Source: Octopus vulgaris
Lineage: Eukaryota
Direction of reading: 5' to 3'
NCBI GenBank assembly: GCA_951406725.2
Contig: OX597819.1
Location: forward strand, 2,356,001 to 2,420,000
Length of the DNA stretch: 64,000 bases
Numbering within the stretch: the first letter of the stretch is position 1; the number at the start of each line of letters is the position of its first letter. The notes beneath the pieces are model-generated. The model ran no database searches and was not told where the DNA came from. It saw nothing but the letters and a program-made list of their open reading frames with translations. Positions 24,090 to 37,859 of this stretch are shown here, piece by piece. A program made the translations under genes and the position numbers.

Positions 24090-27000
24090 TACTGTAACGT
24101 AATTTGTTACGTACGATAAATAAGATAACCAGACAACAGTAGAAACAACGTAATGAACTAACAATTCTCTTTGCGAACCAGCAATCAATATTCCTTGTGA
24201 ACTAACAAAACTGACACCTTCTGACTTCACTGCGAACTAACACGAACGTCACTCGATTTCGAAATCTGAACTTCGAACTCACTCTGATCGTTATTATTTA
24301 TAATTTACACGGACCAGTCTATCTCTCGCAAGGGGGAGACGTAACTCTCATCACAACATCTCTCCTTTTGAGATTTCGACTACTGAGAGAAAGTGGAATT
24401 TCTTTTATTCTTATTTGTTTTTCTCTCCAGCACCTCTCCCTCCTGTTTTTTTTTTTTAGTTGTTGTACCTTAATTGTTGCCCGACTTTTAAGGTAGTAGC
24501 GTTCATTGCACACAGATATTCAGTCTGTTTTCGTTTTCTGAAGCTGGTTCTACGGGGTTCGATATCTTTCGGTGCTGGTACTTCAACATATAGATTTCCA
24601 TTGGCATCACCTTTAGATCTTCTGTATCTCTCATCTTTAATTGGTTACGGTTTCTCTTATGTTTTTGTTAAATGAACTTTATCTCTTACTTCGAAATGTT
24701 TTGTAATATTTCTTGCATTTCCTCCAAACGTATTGTTTGTCTTTCCTTTATATGTATTTTTTCCTGGCAATAATTTATCTAAGATCGATTTTATTAACTC
24801 TGCTGGTGACTTTCTTGAATTAGTATTTGGATTTGGCGTTATTCTATAGAGTCTGAAAAATTCCGTTAGTGCCTCGTCATTAGCTAACTCGTTCCTAGCT
24901 CTTCTTAGAGCTCCTTTGAACGTGTCCATAAATCTTTCCGCCTGTTCATTTGACCTCGGGTGGTAGGGCGGGGTAAACATGTGCTTTATGGCGTGTATTT
25001 TGCAGAAATTTCTGAATTCATATCCCGTGAATTGTGTTCCGTTATCTGAAACTAACGTGTCTGGAGCACCGTACAGAACAAATAACTCGAGTAGAAAGCT
25101 GTAATGTCGGTATATTCGTTGGAGGAGGCACATTCTTGATTGCGTCTGCCCTCAACAGGTCAGTAGTCCCCCATTCTTATCTATGATTTGACGTAGGTAT
25201 TTGATTTTAGGCGAAAAAATTCACATTTCTCTTCACTGAGTATGAACCCATAATCCTTGATTTTTTTGAAAGACACACTTCACCTGATCGATATGCACAT
25301 TCCGCAATTCACTTTTGATTAACACCTCATCAAGGTATGGAATAGTAAATTGATAGTCTGCCAACATCGCATCCATCGCTTGTTGAAATATTGCAGGTCC
25401 TACCTTCAGTCCAAAACGTAGTCTATTGTATTTGTATAGAACTCTGCGCGTGTTGACTGTTAACAGCTTTGAGCAGTTTTTAATCTACTTTGATTTGTAG
25501 ATATGCGTCATACAGATCGAGTTTTGAAAATAATTTTCCTTCGTTTCTGGGGTCGGTAGTGGATAATAGTTTATTTTTAAATTTTTAAACAGTCGTTTAA
25601 ACCGGTCGAAAAATCGGCACACAACCTAATTTTATTATTTTTATCTTTTACACATCGGTCGGAGCTGCCTATCTCGCGTAATCCCCTTTTTCAATCTTTC
25701 TGATTTTTTTCAATCTGTCCAACTCATTGTTCACTTGTTTTATTGCCGCAAAAGGCACTTTCCTATTAGGCTTGAACACAGGTGTAACGTTATCATCTAA
25801 TTCAAAACACGCTTCAGTCTTTGTGCATAGACCTAATTTGTTCGAGAGTACTTGTGGAAACTTTTTAAAAATTTTCTCTTTTAAAATTATTTTTAGAGGG
25901 ACAATCATTAAGGTTTTTACAATAGAGATTTATGGAAAGGTCCCATAAATCGAATAATTCTAACCAACCGATACCAAACAGATCGGTTGCATTTTTAACG
26001 ACGAACACTTTCGTCTTGCCTGTTTTCCCTCAAAATGTGACAGTCCACATTTCGCCTATCAGATGTAATTTATCGCCCGACACGCTACAAGCAGATTTCG
26101 CTGCTTTTCTCAACATAGGTTTCCCTATTTTCTTCCATGTGTCCATATTTATTATTGAAATATCATTTCCAGTATCCAATTGAAGTTTAATATGTATTCC
26201 ATTTATTTTTATGTGTATGAATTTTCTTATTTGGGAGTCGATTTTTGTTTCTGCTGAGAGCACTCTAGGATTTTTAGCGTTTGACCTTCATAATTTTGTT
26301 CTGCAGTGTGAACTCTTGTGACCAATTCGTTTGCAACTATAACATTTTTTATTTTAAATGGATAGTCTTTTTTTAAATGCGTGTCCCCACATCTATAACA
26401 TGGATTAGGACGTGGGGTTCTTTTTTATTGTACTTTTCCGGTCGGCGTATCTGTATTTTTGAGGAATCCTTTTCTTGAATTTTTTCTAATTCGTGTTTCA
26501 GGTTTACCATCCTTTGGAATTCTCCTGCCACGGACCGTAAGGTTAGATCTTAGTTCGCTTGTTCCAATTTAGAAAGAATTCAGGGCCGAATTTCTGTATC
26601 TTCGTTTGCTGTAAGGCCTTGTATGAAAATAAGACACTTGAATATCTCAGGTTCTTTGAGTCTAAAACTTTCACACATCCTGTTGACTGTTCTTGCGTAC
26701 ATAATAAAATCATCGTTCTCTTTTTTCGTTATATTCCAACACACCATTCAAGTGTTAAATAGAGAGGTTTTATCCCCGAAGACAGTAATTCTATTGTTTC
26801 TTTAAAATAAATTTCATTGGGTTTTGCTTTTTTAGCCATATGAAATTACAGTAGCGTCCATGCTCTAACGGAGCTAATCTTCGCAATAACAATCTCGCTT
26901 TTTGTTCGTCCAACCAGGATTTGCAATCTTGATTAAAAATCTTCGCGTACCTTCTGTAGTAAGATGCAAAAGTTATACTCTCCTCTGAGTTATAACTGAA

Positions 27001-27252
27001 TTCATTAATGGAGTTCGAAACGCCGTGGGACGAAAACGAACTTATCTCATTTTTGAACTTCTCTGAATATAGTTCCAATAATTGTTGTTGTAGTTGTTGC
27101 TGTAATAGTTGCTTCTGCCACTCCTGTGGCTGCTCTTGTTGCTTTTGAAACTTCACTATGGAAGCTAATAGGTCTTCCATTTTTTAAAACAAGTATCACG
27201 AACAAATTGTTAAATAACCTACGTAAGCTTCGAAACCCTTCTCATCACAACA
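24090..27252 (-). mobile_element. Ty3/Gypsy (K02A2.6-like) LTR retrotransposon remnant
   Basis: Gag (SEESITFASYYRRY), a CCHC knuckle, protease (LQLDTGNDISII), a decayed RT and integrase (LVSDNGTQF..PPYHPRSNEQAERF). A polypurine tract AAAAGGAGAGA precedes the 3' LTR at about 24090-24358. 5-bp TSD ATGAT at 24085-89 and 27253-57. Confidence 0.9.
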
Positions 27253-27870
27253 ATGATATAAGTATGGGTGAATTTGTTCCTATCTGGCTCTGTTGCCTTG
27301 TCTACTAATCCATTATGTTACCCATTATCAACTGATTGTTTTACACGTAAGATATCCTTCTTTAAAGATTTATGTCCTTTACTTGTTTCAGTCATTAGAC
27401 TACGGCCATGCTGGGGCACCACCTGGAACAAATTTTAGTCGAATGCATCGCCCCCGGTACTTAAATTTTATTAAGCCTGTCAACGTAGGTGGTATCTAAA
27501 ATGTGGTTATGTAACCGAACTTGAGTTTCAATAGAATACAGCGAACGCAGCTATTAATGGAGAATTCACATAGCGCCGTATAGTTTACCTTATTCGGAGC
27601 AGACGTTTAGAGCAGAACTGAACATCCTTAATGCAGTTGACCTGCAGGAGGTGATGACGCAATCAAGAATAATGAACAACCAAAAATTCTGGGTCCAGTT
27701 TCTCCTTGAAGTAAAACAACAGCAAATTCGGAGAAAAAACACGTTGAGAGAGTGAAAGTAGTAGTTGAATAGAAGTGTTAGAGTCAAGGACAGAAATGTT
27801 GTCAGTTTGTCTCATCAAAACTAGCTTTTCCCTTCCGCCTCAATCTCTCTTACATATATTCTAATTTGTC

Positions 27871-27928
<58 letters not shown>

Positions 27929-28195
27929 TGCAGTGTGGAAGATGTTTGTAAGGCATTTAAGAACACACAAAAAACCGTTAGTTTCACTTCTACATTTAAA
28001 TTTCATTTGTGTCAAAATATTTTCGTCGTCTTGAAACCGTGGCCTGTTCACTGACAAAACTTCGTGCTCTTGAATAGCTTACAAACATCTACGCTGCAGT
28101 TGTTTTTGCTTCACCGCACGATCTCAGATCAAGTCGCTTGCTATGCAAGTACACCTCCGCAACATTTATATATATAGTTATAGTTATTAAAACCG

Positions 28196-28257
<62 letters not shown>

Positions 28258-28319
28258 GACAAATTAGAATGTGAGAGGTCGACATTAATTTTATATATGT
28301 GTGGTGAGTAGAGAGAGAG

Positions 28320-28465
28320 TGAGATGGATGGATGGATGGACGGACGGATGGATGGATGGATTGATGGATGGATGGATGGATGGATGGATGGATGGATGGA
28401 TGGATGGATGGATGGATGGATGGATGGATGGATGGATGGATGGATGGATGGATGGATGGATGGAT
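28320..28465. repeat. (GGAT)n microsatellite
   Basis: Seen directly. Confidence 0.95.
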
Positions 28466-28919
28466 ATCAGACCGATAAATGCATACATACATAAATATTT
28501 ATATTCTAGAAAACCGATGTCGTCAATACTGCAACATTTGAAAAGTAATAAGTAGACTCTAGTATGTAATATATTTAGAACACATCATATGTTAACCACC
28601 ATCTGGTAAAAGCTTCATTACCAGAAATAGTATCTGTTGTCAATAATCTATGCAGCACGCATTCCATACGCATATAATGTTGCTACTATCATGACAAACC
28701 CTATATATTTTGCTGTTACAGAGACACATATTTTACTTTTTTACTGGTTTACTCTTTTACTTGTTTTAGTCATTTGACCGTGGCCATGCTGGAGCACCGC
28801 CTTTAGTCGAGCAAATCTTTGTAAGCCTAGTACTTATTCTATCGGCCTGTTTTGCGGGGACCTAAACGCACCAACATCGGTTGTCAATCGATGTAGGGAG
28901 GACAAACACAGACACACAA

Positions 28920-29004
<85 letters not shown>

Positions 29005-29391
29005 TATATTAATTAATAATAATAATATTAGGGAGTAAATGCAAACTTACAGGGAAAAATTAGATATAGGATTAAATCCAATTTTGTACTATAAATACAT
29101 ATTATATTAAATTAGAGATAAAACCACTATTAGGCAAATCAAACAGTGAAAATCATAAGCCAATATATATATATATATATATTTATTTAAAATTTATAAG
29201 TTTAAATTATTTAAATATTTTTTTAAATTTTAACTTTAATTTAAATATTTCAATTTGGAATTTAATATTTTATATTTTTTTAATTAATTTTATTTCTATG
29301 TATTAGCTTATGATTTTCACTGTTTGATTTGCCTAATAGTAGTTTTATCTCTAATTTAATATAATATATATATATATATATATTATATATA

Positions 29392-30678
29392 CGAGGGGCG
29401 TTCAATAAGTAATGCCCCTGACCCACTTCCTATAGCAGTAGAGCAACGAAACTTGGCACAGTTATTAGTCTTTTTCTACATAGGAACCACCCAGAGTTAC
29501 GCATTTCTCCCATCGTTTGATGCAGCTCTGGAGACCGTTTTTGTAGAAGACCCCAGCTTGGTCATCCAACCACGACGTGACTTCAGAAATCAAGGCTGCA
29601 TCATCTGGGAAACGCTTTCCTTTCAAAAACAACTTCATGGCTGGGAAGAGGGGAAAATCAGAGGGTGCAAGGTCAGGAAAGTAGGGGGATGGGGGAGGAA
29701 TTCATAGCCATACGCCTGTGCTTCTGATCTGGCGACAAGCGAGTTGTGGACCGGAGCGTTGTCCTGCAGGAGGAGGATGCCTTTTCTGATCTTGCCCCGC
29801 CTCTTGATTTTGATAACTTCTCTTAATTTCCTCAAAAGTGAAGCATAATAGGCTCCTGTAATTGTGGTACCCTTTGCCAGGAAATCTGTCATCACTACTC
29901 CGTTCTGGTCCCAGAAGACTGTGAGCATGACCTTGCCAGCGGAGGGCTGCACCCTTGCCTTCTTTGAAGGAGGTGAGTCACGGTGCTTCCACTGCATTGA
30001 CTGGGCTTTGGTCCCTGGATCATAGTGATGGACCCAGGTTTCATCCTGTGTAATCAGCCTTTTGAAAAATTTTGACTCATCTTCTTGGCACATCTCCAAA
30101 TTCATCCTCGAGTACTCGACGCGTTCTTGCTTCTGGAAAGGCGTGAGCAACCTGGGAATCTATCTGGCAGACACCTTTTGCATATGCAAATGGTCATGAA
30201 TGATAGTTTCCACAGACCCGGTACTAATCTTGACCTCATGGGCTATTTGGCGAATAATTATGCGTCGATCTTCCAAAATGGCAGCCTCAACTTGACGGAC
30301 AGATGCCTCATCAATGGCAGAAGCGGGGCGACCAGATCTGGGAGCTATTTCCACAGAGTTCCGACCATGTTTGAATTCACGATGCCAGCGTTTTACAAGG
30401 TCATATGATGGGGCATCATCACCATAAGTTACTTTCATTTCATCAAAAGTCTCCCGTGGTGTGCGTCCTTTCGAATACAAAAACCGGATCACTGCTCGAC
30501 ACTCATCAGGCTCCATTTCACACTTGACTCAGTTCAAATACCTGTAAATCAGAAACCACAATTAGTTCAGAGCTGTAATTTGTCACTTACTCTATAGAGA
30601 TATAAATGATTGCACATGCAAAATTTCAGATCAAACAACTGCAAGTGGGTCAGGGGCATTACTTATTGAACGTCCCTC

Positions 30679-30679
<1 letters not shown>
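29392..30679 (-). mobile_element. Full-length mariner (DD34D-type) DNA transposon, transposase pseudogenised
   Basis: TIRs of about 37 bp (CGAGGGGCGTTCAATAAGTAATGCCCCTGACCCACTT) flanked by TA; 1288 bp. Transposase runs from 30516 to about 29450 with ITQDETWV, LQDNAP and Y(F)PDLAPSDF. There is a TGG>TAG change in the WIPR motif and a frameshift before YSPDL. Confidence 0.97.
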
Positions 30680-30752
<73 letters not shown>

Positions 30753-30848
30753 CAGGAAGCTTTATGAAAATAAACAAAAGACGAAGGCAGGTGGAATACA
30801 AACAAACAATTGTATTAGTATGGCGCTCAGGAATATAAATAAAACAAG

Positions 30849-30886
30849 TCTTTTACGTTTCGAGCCGACGCTCTTCAACAGAAAGA
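30849..30886 (-). ncRNA. Minimal type I hammerhead ribozyme motif in a PLE terminal repeat
   Basis: TCTTT CTGTTGA A GAGC GTCG GCTC GAAAC GTA AAAGA: perfect stems I and II, palindromic stem III and a GUA site. The core has an A6>U variant. Confidence 0.75.
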
Positions 30887-31541
30887 TACACAGAAAAGAA
30901 ACACGGAGAGAAACAAGGAGAGAGAAAAAATGCGTGCAGAGGCTAGCGAATCAGCATATATACGACGGGCCTCTTTCAGTTTCCGTCTACCAAATCCACT
31001 CACAAGGCTAAAGTAGAAGACACTTGCCCAAGGTGCCACGCAATGGGACTGAACCCGGAACCACGCTACGATATATAAATATATATGTATCATAATATAG
31101 GAACGTTATTAAATATATATACACTTCATGTATTCCTTTTGGTTAATATATGCGTATTTCATATAAAATATTTTGCAATTTTCTTGTACTAAAATATCCA
31201 TATTTCCAATAGAAACATATATTATACATTTCAAGCATAGTACAAACACATTCTACCGTATATCATGTTACAGAATATAATTAAGATGTTATTTCATTGA
31301 GTCTTTTTTTCTGAACATAGAGGAAATGCTACATTCTTGGTAGTTTTTACTATATGTAGTGTCATGCTTAATTAAGTAAATCTTTTATTACATTTTTGTG
31401 GCTCTCTCCTACCTCTCTCTCTCTCCCTCTTGCTTCTCTCTTCTCTCTTTCTTTCTCTCTTCGTTACTTTTATCAATGAGATAAAAAATTATGAGAACAA
31501 TAAGAAAATATATGTATATATATATAGAGAGAGAGATATAG

Positions 31542-31586
<45 letters not shown>

Positions 31587-31601
31587 TACATACAAACACA
31601 T

Positions 31602-31797
<196 letters not shown>

Positions 31798-32343
31798 TTT
31801 ATTTGTGAATATCAATGTCTGTGTGCACATGCAGCAGCACAGTATGTGTGTGCACGCGCGCAGGTGTGTGTATGGATACGGTGGTATACCTTTAACATTC
31901 TTTTGCTAAATTACTCATGTATCGTAACAAATTAATGAACGCTTACTATTACACAACGTTACTTCTGAAACCACTGCTTATTTTTACATTCTCTGTGATA
32001 CACGCATACGTACACACATACACACACACACATACACATGCACACGCATACACACTCACACACACATGTATGTATATCTGCTTACCTATTGTGAAATTCA
32101 AAACACTTAATCATACCCTATTTCTCCATGTAACGAAGCGCTATATTTCCATTTCTAATGGTAGTTACCCACCGTTAGAATTTTTTCTATTTTCAACACT
32201 CTACACGTTTGCTGTGTGTATTTGGGGTATATATGGCCGCTTACACGTGTATATGAAATTACTCATTTCCCCGCTTCATTGCTCTTCGTATAAATATGTC
32301 ACTTATATAGTGTCTAATTTGTTTGAACAATTTCGACAATGGG

Positions 32344-32426
<83 letters not shown>

Positions 32427-32448
32427 CGTGTGCTGTTATAAATACATG

Positions 32449-32790
32449 CGCAGGCACGGTTGTGTGGTAAGAAGTTTGTTTCCCAACCACATGGCTCTGG
32501 GTTCAGTACCACTGCGTGGCACCTTGGGCAAGTGTCTTCTACTAAAGCTTTTTAAATAGATTTATTAGTCGGAAACTGAAAGAAGCTTATGGTTTATATG
32601 TGTGTGTGTGCGTGTGTGTATGCATGTGTATGACAACGGTTGTTACTTTCCTTATGTCCTCTCTCAAAAGTGACGGATAGAATAAGTACCAGACTTAGAA
32701 ATAAGTAAGGGTTTCATTTGTTCGATTAAGGCTTTCAAGACGGTGCTGCAGCATGGCTGCAATCTGATGAGTGAAAAAAAGTAAAAGGAA
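32449..32790 (+). mobile_element. tRNA-derived SINE copy
   Basis: Head CGCAGGCACGGTTGTGTGGTAAGAAGTTTG...GGGTTCAGTACC and the family tail. Confidence 0.8.
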
Positions 32791-32866
32791 AGATAAGTGA
32801 CCGCGTGTGTATCGTTGGCGATCTTCTTTCTCCGTCTTCCCTTCCTTGGACCTTTCCTTTTTCTAT

Positions 32867-32901
32867 GTTTCTGACGAAGAGCTCCGCTCGAAAGGTTAAA
32901 T
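32867..32901 (+). ncRNA. Minimal hammerhead motif in a PLE terminal repeat (about 32800-32995)
   Basis: GTTT CTGACGA A GAGC TCC GCTC GAAA GGTT AAAT; stem III carries a C>G change. Confidence 0.7.
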
Positions 32902-33001
32902 CCCCCTTCTTTCCTTTCCTGAGCGTCCAATAACACTATACTTGTTCCACGTCCTCGCGTTGTTGTGTTTTCTCTTTCTTCATGTTTGGATTAACTATAT
33001 A

Positions 33002-33062
<61 letters not shown>

Positions 33063-33779
33063 GTGTATGCATATACACATGTGTATGCGTGTGTGTGTAT
33101 GAATGTATATATGTATTATATATATATATCAAAATTCTCCTTTGACATAGCAAGATATACAAACAGTAATTAGATCGTGATATATGTATTGGTCTTCTCA
33201 AGCACCCAAAGACAAGCGGTTTCATATCACAGTAAGCATCGACTCTAAATAAAACTACACGCAACTACGAAATGTAAATTTATATTTTATGAATAACTCA
33301 TAAAAGAAAACGAACCTATCAAAGTTAATCGTCAACTTACAGCTGTTAGAATGTAAAGAGTAATGCCTTATACTACCCCAGCTTCTTCAGCGCTTTTGAA
33401 CTGCTTTACTTGGGAAACATTAAAACATATTTACTGCACTAGGTAGCCTGATTTTATAAAGATTTTCTATCATATGAAGAACTTAGAGAGGCGTAAGCAA
33501 TAAAGCAATGAATATATGTGTTTATTCCCTCAAGTTCCAAGAAATGCTGGAATTTAAATGATGGCCATAAACAGATAAGAGACAAATCAGACATGCCTGC
33601 TGGGTATCCCACCAACAATTAGTTATGTCGCCCCGTTGCAAGGATAATATATAGATATGTAGATACATATACAGAAATACTCTTATTGACCCACATACAA
33701 ACACACATATACGTATACATATAGAGAGAGATACTCACACATACATGTATATTTATACAATATATACAGATATATAAGG

Positions 33780-33887
<108 letters not shown>

Positions 33888-33988
33888 TTATAGACATATA
33901 CAGAGAAAAGGAAAGATAAATTTCAGAAAATGGAATGAACGACAGTCTTTGCAAAAAATCACATACACACACACACACACACACACAC

Positions 33989-34037
<49 letters not shown>

Positions 34038-34237
34038 AAACTATAAATATGTACATCGACACAAACTTGTAAAAGTACATGTATATACTTGCACAAATAC
34101 ACCCAAACATACAAACAATTACATATATATACATAAAAATGCACATTTTCCTAAACACAAAAAGACACACTATATGCATATGCATGGATGGTACAATAAA
34201 TCTTTAAAAAATCCATTCTCACGTACAATATGCCCAC

Positions 34238-34287
34238 GGGCATATGGCGTAGTGGTTAAGAGCGCGGGCTCGATTCCAAGCAGTAAT

Positions 34288-34374
<87 letters not shown>

Positions 34375-34538
34375 AAGAAGAAGAAGAAGAAGAAGAACGA
34401 AAAATACCTTAGGATTGGGAACCCAGGTTCGAAATTTCCTCGAGTCACCTGATGAAGGCTGGAGGGTATATCAGCCGAAACGTTGTGTCAACAACAAACA
34501 AGATGAGGAGAAATATCCGTCAAATATAAATAATGTAA
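34238..34538 (+). mobile_element. tRNA-headed SINE-like element carrying a hammerhead ribozyme
   Basis: A box TGGCGTAGTGG (34245-55), B-box-like GGCTCGATTCC (34267-77), an (AAT)n(AAG)n spacer, then a hammerhead at 34444-34489. Confidence 0.7.
34444..34489 (+). ncRNA. Minimal type I hammerhead ribozyme motif
   Basis: GTCAC CTGATGA A GGCTG GAGGGTATAT CAGCC GAAAC GTT GTGTC: canonical core, 5-bp stem II, palindromic stem III and a GUU site. Confidence 0.8.
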
Positions 34539-36069
34539 GACTCAAGATACAAATATTGGTTCCAAATGTTAATACAAGGCTAGCAATTTTGGAGGGTGGG
34601 TTAAGTCGATTAAATCAACTCCAGAGCTCAACTTTTACTTATTTTGTTAACCCCCAAAGTCGCCCTCAGCAGAATTTGAACTCAAAACATAAAGACAGAC
34701 GGAATGCCCCTAAGTATATTGCCCGGCGTGCTTAAAGATTCTGCCAGCTCGCCACCTTAGCTGCCTTAGTTGCATCACGTCAGATGTCCAAGAGACTGAG
34801 TGACACTAAAAGTGGAAATATCAAAATACCAAAAATTGTGAAGCGCTCAACACATCTCGAGAAATGCTACTAAAAGTTTATTTCTAACCTCTTGCAGCAG
34901 TATTCTCAAGAGTGATTTTGTGAACGAGCCATCCTGGCACCCGAAAATGATATTCAGCAGGGTCTTAAATCTACCATCGAAAAGTATAATCTGAATCCAA
35001 TCACACAAGTCAGTTTACATTGTTTTTGATTTTACCAATCCAACCAACTATCCAAAAGAATTTCTCTCAATTCCCTTTGGGCTACTGAGGTCCCCCTACT
35101 CACAATCTGCAACATCTTTTCATCTTATATATGGCTATGCAATTTGGATCTAACTGTATAACACTAGCCGCCCAAATCCTTATTTCCTGTGTAATAGAAA
35201 CTACTAGAATGACTAGTTGTAGCAAAGTAGAACAGATTTTATCTTCAGTTTTCAATGAGCCTATGTTTGTTATAAACAAAAACAAACTTCGTTAGAAATA
35301 GATGATGCTTGTGCTGAAATGCTGAGATGAGACGAATGTTTAGAAGGACAATGGCTTCAAAGCTGATGCAATCAGTCAGTGTGGTGGCTTATATCACATG
35401 AGGCATATGAGTTTTACCAGTTAGCTTAGTATCATTACAACAAAATTGCATAGTAACATAATAGTTGTTTCCATTTTGAGATGCCGATTATGATAAGAAA
35501 TTTTAGTCTGCTGAAGGGATTTGCGAATTCTGTTGAGAAATTAAATCTCATGAAAAGCCGGTTAGGATTGCTGGACTTGAACTGGAAAAACCATGTTACT
35601 CTCACAGGTCTATGTTGCATTGTTATACACTACTCCAAGCCAGCACCTTTTAATCCGAGTGCCAAAGTGTTGAACAAGAACTTTCTACAGCCAGCTCCTT
35701 CAGAATAAAACACATTTCTGTTAAAACTGCTTTTTTTATTACATTCGGAATTACAAAATATATGAATTAAAACGAAATACATTGTATTTTTAAGCCACAC
35801 AATTAACGCTCTCAACAGACACAGAAGCTTCACCCATCAAAGAAATTTGGGAAAATTCAATACTAGATGCGTTTCTATGAATATCTATACAAATATTATT
35901 GTAGGTAAAAAGTACTCCATAAAAGTTCACTTAAATTTAACAAAAATTAATTTCTATTGATACATACTCGGCTCCTGCGTAATATATTCAGTCAGTACAA
36001 CACCAGGTCTCCGTGAAATTACACACACACACCCATACGCACGCATGCATATAAATGTGTAGGTGGGTG

Positions 36070-36134
<65 letters not shown>

Positions 36135-36195
36135 TTAGAGACAAAACCACTATTATGCAAATCAAACAAATTAAAACTTGCAAAGAAGGTTTTGA

Positions 36196-36249
36196 AACCA
36201 CCTGAAGAATGTCTCATAGAAGTGCTGACACGAAACGGTCGTAGTGGTT
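36196..36249 (+). ncRNA. Hammerhead motif inside a fold-back PLE end (36125-36420)
   Basis: AACCAC CTGAAGA A TGTC..GACA C GAAAC GGTC GTAGTGGTT with a GUC site. The flanking inverted arms belong to the same family as 29025-29370. Confidence 0.7.
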
Positions 36250-37157
36250 ATTTTAATTAAATTTAATTTATATTTTTGTATTGGCTTAAGTCTTTCTTTG
36301 TTTGATTTGCATAATAGTGGTTTTGTCTCTAATTTAATATAATATAATATTTTACTATAAAATTGGATTCAATCCTAAATCTGATTTTTCCCTGTAAGTT
36401 TGGATTTATTCCCTAATATGTATTATATATATATATATAAGGTAATTTAAAAAGTTCATATCTCTCATGAAACTATGAACGAATGTGCATAATATGATGA
36501 CCAATATATATTGCTTAATCGTTGACTGTTTGAAGTTGATCCTGCAATATTAGGACATAATTTAAAATCAGACAGTGTGCTAGTCTTTACCTATGATATA
36601 TGGAAGTCCATTAAGCTATCGCAGATTTCTTTAGATTTATGAATTTCTGGTAATGCATAAAAGTTGCCATATTTTTTATCCTTAATTATTTAAATACCTT
36701 CTTTTCCGTTAAATTATTTTCCCACTTGTCGCTTAACTTACCACTTTTGTTCCTTGACTATTTATCTGCATTGATTTCTAATTTCTGGAGACCGTTTCAT
36801 AGTTTTAAGACCAACTCCCCATAATGGGTTTTGTCCATTATTACAATGAACCTTACTTTATCAGTTTTTTTTTCTAATGGCTATAGAAGAATCTGTCTGC
36901 CAACATTCAAATGCTTGTTACTCTTCTTTTGATATTGTAAGATATTCTGGAATTTGTAAGTACGTTAATCTTTAATTCTTGAATTACGTTAATTTTTAGT
37001 GTCATATTTTTCTCCCATTATCTTATTGTAGTAGAATATTTAAATTATAACAGCGTTGCAGCATATATGTGTGTGAGTACGTGAGTATGTATGAGTGTGA
37101 GTGTGTATGTGTGCGCGCGCAAGTGTGCATGTACTATATTTGTGTACGTGCGTGTGC

Positions 37158-37188
<31 letters not shown>

Positions 37189-37309
37189 TATTAAAACAGG
37201 TAATTGGAAAATTTCGGTATATTTATTCCATATTACATATGTTCCTTTACCATTTGGAGTTGCATAGATATACATGTAGAAAAACATATAAGAAATCTCT
37301 TTACGTACA

Positions 37310-37342
<33 letters not shown>

Positions 37343-37859
37343 TGTATGTATGTATGATAATAAAAGGGTAAAATTAATCAATTAATCAATTAATTAATTA
37401 ATAATTAACAATTTTACCAAGTAGTTCGGTACCTTAAAATAACCTTTTTAGGCAAAATTATACAAATATTCTGTAATTATAAATATAATTATAATCAGGA
37501 GTCAGTTAATTGCTTCACCACGCACCGAATTTAGAAATAGGAATTAAATGTCTTTTCTACTTTTAATTGATAATTAAAAAAATTGCCAAGTAGTTCGCTA
37601 CGTTAAAATAACATTTATTAATTATTAATTAATTAATTAGTTTTACCCTTTTATTATTATTGAAATTATAATTTATTCCCTGATCGAAAACTGCAGTTTC
37701 TGCGGGATTGCTCCTAACACACACGTGGGTATTGAAGATAAATATGTGTTCACATTCGGCTGTATATGTTTGGAAGTGTTGGTTGAATATCGGTTATGCG
37801 ATGGCGCTTGATCGCGTACATATTTAATCCTAACATTCTGAAATTTATATTTCGAAACA

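Larger units (their letters stand above)
28735..31070 (-). mobile_element. tRNA-SINE split by nested insertions in its internal microsatellite
   Basis: SINE 3' half at 28735-28920 and 5' half at 30960-31070, with PLE pieces and a mariner between them. Confidence 0.75.

Noticed and set aside
33341-33447. AG...GTAAGT-bounded 107-nt segment on the - strand
   Set aside because: It has stops in the frames examined and would shift the frame; such site pairs arise by chance in 34 kb.
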